A stretch of 64,000 bases of DNA from Bispira polyomma (lineage: Eukaryota), in NCBI GenBank assembly GCA_965649765.1, contig OZ287755.1:36456001-36520000 (forward strand). The letters are read 5' to 3'. Both the position numbers and the translations under genes were made by a program. Shown piece after piece: positions 27,153 through 36,480 of the stretch (position 1 is the stretch's first letter; each line of letters begins with the position of its first letter). The notes beneath the pieces were generated by a model. It searched no databases and was not told the origin of the DNA. It saw only the letters and a list, made by a program, of their open reading frames with translations.

Positions 27153-27692
27153 ATTGACAAGTTGCAGTCCATTCAAAACTTTCTTTATAGAGTCATCTTT
27201 CGTCTGGAAATCCGTACTGATGTCACTCCATACCTCAAGAAACTTCACTGGCTTCCTATTCACTATCGATTCCTGTTTAAAATGGACGTAACTATTTTTA
27301 AAGCTGTAGTCTCTCAACAGCCTCACTACCTCACTACCAAACTCTCCCTCAGCAACCTTACAAGGGAAAAAAGACTGTGTTTCCATTAAAAAAAACCACC
27401 AAGAGGGTTAGAACTAGAGCCTTCTTGGTGGCCGCACCTAGTGTATGGAACAGTCTTCCAGCTGAACTTAGACTGATTGAAACACTTTCAGGTTTTAGGA
27501 AAAAGCTCAAAACCCATCTCTTCCGACTCGCCTATCCCCCGTAGTACTCTTCCTGGGCACTGACACATCCATCCTTACGACCTGGCTATGTTTTTCATTT
27601 TTCTATTGGCAGTTTGATTCTGATGTTGTGCCTTAGAAGATGCCTAGCATCAATAAGGTGCTTTAAAAATGCACAATACAATACAATACAAA
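27153..27692 (+). mobile_element. L2/CR1-type LINE 3' part (continuation of 19500-21621)
   Basis: IDKLQSIQN...LKKLHWLPI...APSVWNSLP...FRKKLKTHLF and a (CAATA)n tail. Confidence 0.9.
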
Positions 27693-27899
27693 ATGGCATT
27701 GGATTTCCAGCAACCATGTTTCTGAATGTATTGCAGTTTGACATTAGCGTTAAAAGCAAGGGAGGCACCAGACCTTCTGAAACAGTGAAAACTGTTGCCT
27801 TGAGTGGAGATTCCCAATTTTATAACAAGACATCTAAGAGCTTCTCATTGTTTACTATCCGAAATACATTTACCCCATAGCCTGGGTGAGCAAGTAATG

Positions 27900-29272
27900 G
27901 TGCCTGATAGCTGCTATGTAATTATTTCTGACCTTGTATGATATACCTGGTGGAGGTACCATATTAAAGCAAGCAAAGATGACATAGTGAAATGCTCCTC
28001 AATATTATAGTAAACGATAAAAGCCAGGTAAAGTCTAAATTCTCTGTCATACTGTTGTTGAGTCCTGGGTCGTTGGCTGTCTCTGATCTTAACCATGGTA
28101 TCAGAAATCATAGTTCTAACAGCTGATGAAGTTCTTGAAATTATATGTCATTATTCATTAAGAAGTAGTCAACCTTAATTTCTCTTATTATAAAATTATC
28201 TATGATTTCTTATTTAGTGTCCCTAAGTTTTGCTATCTCGATAGCATGTCAGCCACTACATTCTTTTTCCCTTCTATGTGCTTAATTTTTATAGTTAAAT
28301 TTAGTTTTGCACAACAGCTGCATTATCAGATTTAATTTTCTAATAATTTTATCTTTAAATTTGTCTTTCCACAATCTTATTGCTACTAGAAGGCTCAACA
28401 TTTAAAAATGTACTATGGACAAAGCCTGCTTAATACAAAGCGGAAGCAATGATGCAGTAAATACTTCATTGCCTGAAACACCTCCTTTCCCTTCTAGACA
28501 AGCATCTACCTGTAAAGATGTTTCTTGGTTTATATCATCACTATTATATTTGGTGGTCCCGTTGTAATCAAATAAGAAGTTGAAGAACCAATTAAGATCT
28601 CGTTTACAACAGGCAGATAACTTTATTGATTTTTCGTCAGTCGCGCTTCTCAGTAATGTTTTAAAGCTTGCCCAGCAAGGACTGATATTTACTTTTTGTA
28701 ACTCTAATAAACGTAGTGAATTCAACACGTTCCATAGATTGCTTTCAACTTGTCATCGTCAATGCTGAGGGTTTTTCATTCGCGTCTATTGTAATGCCCA
28801 TACACGTAACGCGAGTACTGGGGGCTACTAATTTATTCCTATTTATGGGCAAACCTAAATAACCTTATATTTTTGCAGAAATTCATAAGCTAAGGTCACC
28901 CTATCTTCAGTATATACAATTACAAAATCGTCTGTGATGTTATGTTCTCTCATGATGTACGTCACTGCGTCGGAAGTACGCATAAAGACTGCCGTGCCGT
29001 GGCATAATCCGAATGCGAGGGTTAAATGTACATATACTTTTTATTACCAGTTATAACCCAGTTTTAGGCAATTAAAAGGGTCCACCCGCAAATTTCAAAA
29101 GGCGTGAGCCAAGTCCACCTTTGCTAATTTCACTGATGGTCTTATGTGTTTTATTCTGTCAACAATCTTGACAATGGTAGGCAATTTTAACTCAAAGTTA
29201 TTTCCATCATAAATCCTCTTCAGTGTACAGTCGTTTACTGGAGCCCCACTTGGGTGCGACAGATTTAAAATT
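27900..29272 (-). mobile_element. Older degenerate YR retrotransposon (RT-RNase H-YR N-terminus), left part
   Basis: ILNLSHP, KVDLAHAF, LQVDACLEG, RPRTQQQYDREFRLYLAF. It continues at 36019. Confidence 0.85.
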
Positions 29273-29426
29273 CAGTCCAATGGTGGTGTGAAAAGTTATA
29301 AGTTAATAAGTAAGTTTATTATAAGACAGTAAAAGATTGCATTTGAGGTTTTTATTTACATGTTAGCTTATGTACAGGTTGACAATCAAAGTCAGTTAAA
29401 ATTTCAGGATGGAATTTTAAGCCCCA
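29273..29426 (-). repeat. Split direct repeat B2 (154 bp)
   Basis: Identical by eye to B1 at 30526-30679. Contains AATAAA on the minus strand. Confidence 0.95.
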
Positions 29427-30302
29427 TCACGGCTACCATAAAATACAGCCGGGTCAAAAATAAAAACCCATAACAAAGCTAATAATAAGCTAAGAGACAA
29501 TCACAAATATAAAGAATAGTGTAAACCCCTCAGTCACACCAGACTTTGGATTAGAAACAATAAAATAACCTCAAAAGAGGAAAATACATTTAAATACATT
29601 GATTACTATAAACATGACTATCATTAACATCACCTTCAACTAGTTCATTGTGTGAATAATGTACTGTAATATACAACAAAGTTACTTTTGGTGACTAAGA
29701 TACTAAGAACAATTTCAGGGGATAAACTTCCCTGTTTACTGTAAATTCTGACATGTATTTGTGATACATGGATACTAATTGACGCTAGGTGATCGTGTAC
29801 AAAAAGGTGCCCTTGGGGGGACCACACGTGTACCCAAGTTATCGTCATTGTGTCTAAATTGGTACGTTGTGTTACTTATTCAACAAGTGGTATTAACTAG
29901 CTCAGTAAGCGTCCCTTGGATCGTTAACTTGAGTCATATGAAGCTGACCACTCTAATGTCGCATATGTTATAACCCCATATGAGTCAATGTTCAACTATG
30001 CTTATAAATTGAAAATAAGTCCATGCAAGAGAGAACATGCAACGTAGTAACAGCAGGACCCCGGGCCTTGGACACCAACCGCCTAGCAGGGTGAAGTCCA
30101 ACCTCTCAGAGCCCCTTATTCCACTCTGGAACCCCAGTGGTGAACTCAGAGGAGGGAGTAAGAAGGAAGGACCCCAGACCCACACGGCCCGGAGCCCGGC
30201 CGCCACGTTGCCGTCAAACCTGCCTGGATAACCTTATGCATCAGAGAACCTTAAAAATTTCTATAAATCCTTAATAACGCTGTGGTAAGGGGAGGTGGTG
30301 GG

Positions 30303-30679
30303 TTTCAATTTTCTAAATAGCCTGTTCACAGGTGAAAACACAAATTCAATATGGAGGATAGCTATCCTAGCTTAGGGGTCACTAATAGCTAATGCTGTGA
30401 TTGGACAAGGCCCAGATGGACAGACAGTTGGATAATGCTATTGCATTCGCTAGGGATTAAGGTAGTGTGATAGAAAAAAGAGGTTGGACTGATCTAGCAG
30501 TCCCCTGGGGTGGACTTGCTATGCACAGTCCAATGGTGGTGTGAAAAGTTATAAGTTAATAAGTAAGTTTATTATAAGACAGTAAAAGATTGCATTTGAG
30601 GTTTTTATTTACATGTTAGCTTATGTACAGGTTGACAATCAAAGTCAGTTAAAATTTCAGGATGGAATTTTAAGCCCCA
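30303..30679 (-). repeat. Internal B1-A2 junction repeat
   Basis: A2 (223 bp) differs from A1 at 2 positions and directly abuts B1 at ATGCA|CAGTC. Confidence 0.95.
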
Positions 30680-30686
30680 AGCCCAA

Positions 30687-31660
30687 CTAAGAAGGAGGGA
30701 TAGCCGCAGCAAAGGTGAGAGGCACCACTGAAGCAGCTTGGGAGGTCTTCTGTAGGTAGGTCCATACAGCTGAAGACCTCCACAGGCCATGGGACATAAT
30801 ATTCTGCAGTGATACGTTTTTATTGAAAGCAAATGTGGCCCCCTACCTCCTAAATGTGTGGAACCCGTGTGAATGGTATGGAATGCCTATGTGTTCTAAG
30901 ACTCTCTGTAATGCGACTCTCACATGTGTCTCTATGACTGGGTAAAATGGTGGTGAGTTAACTGCAAACAGTGGTGCAGATGGAGGGAGAGGCCTAGACA
31001 AGATAAGCTGCTGTATAGCCCTTACTGGACATAAAATTTGGTTTTGAAGTGAAGGAATTTGTATAATGTGGGAGTCTGATTTGTTTTGAAGGTTCTTAGT
31101 CCATTTCAAGATGACATGGGCCCCAGGAGGGACAAAGATAATATCCTGTCTAAGAAAGTGCCTAGATGGGTCAAATGCTGCCCTAGAGTGAGAAGCCAGA
31201 TTGGAAAGTCTCAAGAAGCCGAAAAAGGCTAGAAGGAAAATAGCCCTAAAAAGTACTGGATCCTGCAATATCTGACAAGCTTGGGATATCTGTGTTAACT
31301 GATGTATATCAAACAATCCCTTAGGTCTAGGCCTGAAAGTAGAGTTGATGGTAATGCTTCTCGTAAATAAAGAAACAGAGTTGTGTGTAAAAGGAGCCAT
31401 ACTCCACTGTAATTTGTTAGCCATAAATTTAAGTGATGAGAGGTAATTGGCAATGACAGCCGGTGAAAGGCTATTCTGTGCTAAGTATTCTAAGAAAGCC
31501 AAAACTGATGAAACATTAATGTGTTTAATGCCAGCAACATGTAAGAAAGCTAAAAATGTCTTGAATTGGTTACTGTAAGCTGTAGTGGTCTTTGGTCGCA
31601 GTGCCAAGTCTATTCTGTTGCAGGCTGATTGAACAAGTGTATGAGTGGAACTGGCAGAAC
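30687..31660 (-). pseudogene. Tyrosine recombinase with one in-frame nonsense codon (30843-30845)
   Basis: AFFGFLRLSN, KWTK, CPV, HTFRR*GATFAF...HGLWRSSAVWTY. No ATG; begins at a TTTCAG acceptor. Confidence 0.92.
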
Positions 31661-31666
31661 CTGAAA

Positions 31667-34414
31667 TTACACAGATAAGGCCAGGTCAAAGTACCTTATA
31701 GGGACCTCATTCCATTTATAACAATTTTGTAATTTAACAGTTAGCTCTGCAGTAGGAGGTTTATCTGAAAATAGTCTAGAAAACGCATCTGCAATCACAT
31801 TATTTTTCCCTGAAATGTGTTGTATGTCAATTGTGATGTCATGTGTGGCTGCAAGCAGCCAGATATTCCTCAAACATGAGGGCAGAAAGTCATCCTTAGT
31901 TTTTTGTGAATTCACAACCAGTACTACGGCCATGTTGTCACAGTGAAACAAAACCCGTTGATGCGCCCACTTTAATGCCCATACACGCAACGCGAGAATG
32001 ATATTCAGCATCTCTAAGTGAACTATTGTCAACTCTCTGCCAAAAACATTGAAATATGGTGTAGCGTACACCTCATCTTTCCACACGCCTCCTAAACCGG
32101 TAAGGCAAGCGTCTAAATGTAACTCACTCATGTTTTGAATCATAGGATGGTCAATGAAAGTTACTCCGTTAAATGCCTGTAAGAACTGCTTGAACCACGC
32201 TAAGTCGTTCCGCATGTCTTGAGAAATAGCAAATTTCTTCTTACCCTCGTTGTTTCTAAATGCGTGAAGCAGTCTATTAATAAAAGTGCGTGCCGGCTTG
32301 ACGCATTTGTGCACATACAGAAGTTTCCCTAAGAGGGACTGAAACCGACTGCGCGTTATGAAGCGCCTGTTAAACACGTCGCACACACATTCAAGAATCT
32401 CTTCTATTTTCCCATGCTGGATGCTAATAGTACCAGCGACAGTGTCAATGTTAATACCCAAACAAGTAATGCTAGTACTAGGTGGGGTGCGTTTGTTGGC
32501 ATTCATGGGGAGACCTAAATAGTCTAGCAGTTTGGTCAAAATCTGAAAACCCCTGTGAGCCTCTACTCTATTGGAGACGCAAATGTAATCGTCGATGTAG
32601 CAGAACATATTGAAACCGTTTTTGCGCATGTATGACGCTATTGCGTCAGAGCAGCGTTGAAATGCCGCGCTGCCATGAATCCAGCCAAACGCCACCGCAG
32701 GATCTATGTAACTACCCTCTTTAAACTGGATTCCTAATTTTACAGCGTCGACAGGATCTACATGCAAATTACGGAAAGCACGAGCTACGTCGATTTTAAA
32801 CAATACCGGATCATCTGTGACTTTGACCGCACTAGTAATATCATCGATTGTAGGAAATTTCAGAATAAATTTTTTCCCATCAAACATATTCTTATCAACA
32901 TTCTCATTAAGCGAATTGCCTTGTGGGTATGAGAGGTTAAGAATTACCCTACGACTAGTAATGTCCTTGGGACGTGTGAGAAGTGGTGAACAATGGTAAT
33001 GTGAGGAGCTAACCTCCTTCACTGGGCCCAACATGGCACCCTTATTACTTTCTTTAACCAGATATTCTCTCACACTACTTGTGTGTTGGAGGGCAGAATA
33101 ATGATTGGTAACAGAGGCATTGTTAAGCATTTCTGGATTGGTGAGAGAAAGAGGAAAGCCGAATCTAATGTACTGACACAGCAACTGGTCAGGATAATCT
33201 TGGAAAACTTCATCCCATGCATCTGGATTAAGTCCTGACACCAGGGGAACCCTTGCTTGTCTATAATTGGGAAGTGCAGTGTCTCTGATAACAGAAGCCA
33301 CTTGCAGCATGTCTTCTACTGTTTCAATTCTCTTAACAGGTTTGTCAGGACCTATGAATGTGAATGCTGTTGAGGAAAGTGCCAAGAAACCCATGGTTTT
33401 CTCGGGGTCATTAAAGTCCTTAATTTCTTTGTACAAATCCTTGTTTGCTCGAACACTATCAACCATTTGAGTGAATTCATTGCTCGACGAGTTCATGTAT
33501 ATTTTATCACAAATCAGACTGTTTACAGTCTCACTTGGTTTTTGTGTACTTACATTTGACAAGTCTGCACAATTGTCTGACTTATGGCAATTGTCAGGTG
33601 TTTCATCTTCACTGTCACTAATAAGTGCATCTACTAACCTGGTCATGTATTCAGTATAATCGAAACCCAACTGTTTGAAACAGGCATTATCTCTTTCGAA
33701 ATAATAAAATGTATCAGCAGCTTGCTTGATCACAGCCTGGTGATGAGTTTCCACATTAGTATTACTGGTAGTATTTGAAGAAACAGCCTGAACCTGGATT
33801 ATGGTTTGAAAGGTTTGAATAATACAAAGGTTTTGGCTAGGTGGAAATTCAACACGAGCATATAGACACTTGGCAGCAGTCATGTCATAAAACATGTGGA
33901 AATAACCTGAGAATTTTCCATCCCTATCCCTAATGTAAACAATTGGGGCCAAATTTTGAATTTCCCCACAAAAAGTTTTCCAATTGGTAACTGATACCTG
34001 ACACGTGTGTGCCTCTTTGTTCCAAGCTGGTGAATTAGCATAGTGACTGCTCCCATTTGAAATGCAGGCCTCAGTGCTCCTGTCCCATCTATGGTGACCC
34101 GACTGGGTCCTGCTCTGAAATTGAATACATTCATTTACATTCTTGGTTTCATACTGGTAGTTGTCGCCAGCATCTACTGAAACTGCAAAATTATTAAAGA
34201 CATCATTATCAACAAAGTTCACCTTTATATCAGTGTTGAATACATTATTGACAAACCTTGTACTATCTGACATTATCATCTGCTGATAATCATTACTATT
34301 GGAACTTTGCACAATTGTATTAATTTCAGACATGCTTCTGTCGCAATAACCTAATTCCCTGTTTTTGTCCTTTATATTAAACTCTTTTACAAATTTACTG
34401 TTACCGTTCATCAT
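31667..34414 (-). CDS. Reverse transcriptase-RNase H polyprotein with long N-terminal extension
   Basis: Intact 915-aa ORF with KIDVARAFR, FGW, CYIDDY, HLDACLTGLGG, HLEML, CDN and NVIADAFSR. Confidence 0.93.
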   Translation of the reverse strand: MMNGNSKFVKEFNIKDKNRELGYCDRSMSEINTIVQSSNSNDYQQMIMSDSTRFVNNVFNTDIKVNFVDNDVFNNFAVSVDAGDNYQYETKNVNECIQFQSRTQSGHHRWDRSTEACISNGSSHYANSPAWNKEAHTCQVSVTNWKTFCGEIQNLAPIVYIRDRDGKFSGYFHMFYDMTAAKCLYARVEFPPSQNLCIIQTFQTIIQVQAVSSNTTSNTNVETHHQAVIKQAADTFYYFERDNACFKQLGFDYTEYMTRLVDALISDSEDETPDNCHKSDNCADLSNVSTQKPSETVNSLICDKIYMNSSSNEFTQMVDSVRANKDLYKEIKDFNDPEKTMGFLALSSTAFTFIGPDKPVKRIETVEDMLQVASVIRDTALPNYRQARVPLVSGLNPDAWDEVFQDYPDQLLCQYIRFGFPLSLTNPEMLNNASVTNHYSALQHTSSVREYLVKESNKGAMLGPVKEVSSSHYHCSPLLTRPKDITSRRVILNLSYPQGNSLNENVDKNMFDGKKFILKFPTIDDITSAVKVTDDPVLFKIDVARAFRNLHVDPVDAVKLGIQFKEGSYIDPAVAFGWIHGSAAFQRCSDAIASYMRKNGFNMFCYIDDYICVSNRVEAHRGFQILTKLLDYLGLPMNANKRTPPSTSITCLGINIDTVAGTISIQHGKIEEILECVCDVFNRRFITRSRFQSLLGKLLYVHKCVKPARTFINRLLHAFRNNEGKKKFAISQDMRNDLAWFKQFLQAFNGVTFIDHPMIQNMSELHLDACLTGLGGVWKDEVYATPYFNVFGRELTIVHLEMLNIILALRVWALKWAHQRVLFHCDNMAVVLVVNSQKTKDDFLPSCLRNIWLLAATHDITIDIQHISGKNNVIADAFSRLFSDKPPTAELTVKLQNCYKWNEVPIRYFDLALSV

Positions 34415-34468
34415 TGAATTACCCTTATCACTACCTAATGTTCGTCCAACTGGTTGTGAATCGTGGCC

Positions 34469-35701
34469 CTAGATGTTACCTTGTTGTTTGTCTGGCTGTT
34501 TACTTACATTCGCTTTAAAGCATTTGAACTCTGGGTGCGACGCGTCCTTTCCTAATGTCTTATTACAATACCAACATACATGACGATAATTGCCATGATC
34601 CGCCTTGTGAGTACACTTGCCATTATTAAACAGCTTACAGATGGATTTACTATCTGAAGAAGCCCCATTAGCCAAGTTACTGCCATTGTTGCCTACCATA
34701 GCCATCTGGGAGGCACTGATGCGATTCAGTGCCCACTGAGTGTTGTCCTGCCAGGACAGCCTGCCTTCCTCGATCTCATGCATACTGACAGCCCAGGCTG
34801 TCCTGACAGCAGGCCACGGAAGTGTGGCTGCATCCCGTAGTGCGTGTACCACTTGGTTCACCATAGCTTTCATTGTTGCCGGATCACTTACTTGTAGCGA
34901 GTTGGCCAGCTGGCCAGCCGCCCACTGCGGCAACGTGAGGTCGTCAAAGACTGGCCTTCGGCGAGTCGATCCCCCACCCCAACCTTCGTTAGACCATCTG
35001 AGTTGGGGATCAGCTAAAGTAATATCTGTGGAGTTATAACGACCAGACTCCTGCCTGATTGAGTGCTTACCCTGGACTAGACCCCTCTGGGCCAAGGCTT
35101 CGTAGTCAGCCAGCTGCCTGGTAACGGCCGCCTGCACGTTTGGAAAAGATCTTAATGCATCGAGACTGGGGACAATGCCATCTGTGTTGTAACCCTGACC
35201 TGTTGGTGGTTGCATCATAGGTTGAGCCAGCGGCTGCGCGACCCCGTTGTACCTGGGAGGGGGAAGAAGTAACGAATAACCCTCGTGTCTCTGTTCGACC
35301 ACCGTACCATCCCTCATGGTGTGTAATGGAGAATTAGCGGGTGTAACTGTCTGTTTGTCCTCTACGAGTTGCAATCGCCGGGTTATGTTAGCGTTGGAGG
35401 TCTCCAGACCACGCAGGATGGAAAGAACCTCGGACATGCTTTGTGACTCGACTTGTGACTGGGGTACGGCCTGAGATGAGAGCCCGGCTTGGCTAGATGA
35501 TCCATTTGAACTGGTCAATAACTGAGAATCAATAAGAGGACACGCAGTGTCGGCAATGACTGTTCTATGTATTTCTGATTGATCGTGAGTATTAGTAGTA
35601 GTTACCTGACCAGTACCCCTTTTCTTGGCTGTACTAGTTGAAGTTGTCTTTGTGGTCTGTTTCTTGCTGCTTAACACAGGAGTTGCTTTTGTTTTCCCCA
35701 T
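34469..35701 (-). CDS. Gag-like ORF1 with C-terminal Cys/His finger
   Basis: First ATG at 35701 (MGKTK). C-terminal CKLFNNGKC...H...HVCWYC...H...C finger as seen in YR-element gag proteins. Confidence 0.85.
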   Translation of the reverse strand: MGKTKATPVLSSKKQTTKTTSTSTAKKRGTGQVTTTNTHDQSEIHRTVIADTACPLIDSQLLTSSNGSSSQAGLSSQAVPQSQVESQSMSEVLSILRGLETSNANITRRLQLVEDKQTVTPANSPLHTMRDGTVVEQRHEGYSLLLPPPRYNGVAQPLAQPMMQPPTGQGYNTDGIVPSLDALRSFPNVQAAVTRQLADYEALAQRGLVQGKHSIRQESGRYNSTDITLADPQLRWSNEGWGGGSTRRRPVFDDLTLPQWAAGQLANSLQVSDPATMKAMVNQVVHALRDAATLPWPAVRTAWAVSMHEIEEGRLSWQDNTQWALNRISASQMAMVGNNGSNLANGASSDSKSICKLFNNGKCTHKADHGNYRHVCWYCNKTLGKDASHPEFKCFKANVSKQPDKQQGNI

Positions 35702-35795
35702 TGCACACAACAATCACTAGTTCCAGTACCACGTCAGTTAATAAAAAGAAGTAAAATATAAATAAAACCAATTCAGTGTAAATACGTGGTTAAAA

Positions 35796-36018
35796 TTTCA
35801 ATTTTCTAAATATCCTGTTCACAGGTGAAAACACAAATTCAATATGGAGGATAGCTATCCTAGCTTAGGGGTCACTAATAGCTAATGCTGTGATTGGACA
35901 AGGCCCAGATGGACAGACAGTTGGATAATGCTATTGCATTCGCTAGGGATTAAGGTAGTGTGATAGAAAAAGGAGGTTGGACTGATCTAGCAGTCCCCTG
36001 GGGTGGACTTGCTATGCA
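35796..36018 (-). repeat. Split direct repeat A1 (5' terminal; contains CCAAT box)
   Basis: Near-identical to A2. GTCCAATCACAGC on the sense strand. Confidence 0.93.
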
Positions 36019-36480
36019 AATTGTCTACTGCCATTGTCTTTTGGCCTGGTTAAAACCAAAATTAAAAGGATTCTAGCACTCTTATAATTTGACTGACCCA
36101 TCTGCTTAATAACGTTGGCTATTTCTATGAGAGTCTTGCGATTTATAATATCAACTGGTTGTCTGCAGGTTATTGATGTCGAGATCCTCTTCCTCAGCTA
36201 CCACAGTTTCCAATACTTTAAACTTCTCAGAACTTGTAAATATAAAATCATAAATTTCCGTTTTAGCAACAAGGCGTCCTATCATGATATTTTCTACTTG
36301 TTGATGCCTTGCTTGTTAACTTAAAAGTTAGGGTGCTTAAGGTAAGGCGGCAAAACCTTCTTCTAGGGGACCTGTGATTGGTCGATATGCTAGTAAACAA
36401 AATTTAAGGTTATTTTACTGTAAACACCTAACTTTTGATGACTGACTTGTCATGCTGTCTGACCCCACAGTGACTTACAA
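36019..36480 (-). mobile_element. Right part of the older YR element, with A-like terminal repeat at about 36320-36480
   Basis: Minus strand reads VLTRPKDNGSRQ up to the insertion point. The terminal repeat is homologous to 17400-17530. Confidence 0.7.

Larger units (their letters stand above)
29273..36018 (-). mobile_element. Complete Ngaro-type tyrosine-recombinase retrotransposon with split direct repeats
   Basis: A1 35796-36018, gag, RT/RNase H, YR, B1 30526-30679, A2 30303-30525, 876-bp spacer, B2 29273-29426. No methyltransferase domain is seen. Confidence 0.95.

Noticed and set aside
29985-30231. Fourth ORF (e.g. hydrolase) in the Ngaro spacer
   Set aside because: Only short ORFs on both strands, with no recognisable motif.
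31667-32130. DIRS/PAT-type adenine methyltransferase domain
   Set aside because: ORF2 ends shortly after RNase H, with no DLFA/PP motifs, which supports the Ngaro-type assignment.
29269-36022. 4-bp AATT target-site duplication
   Set aside because: The host RT frame and length are restored only if both AATT copies pre-existed.
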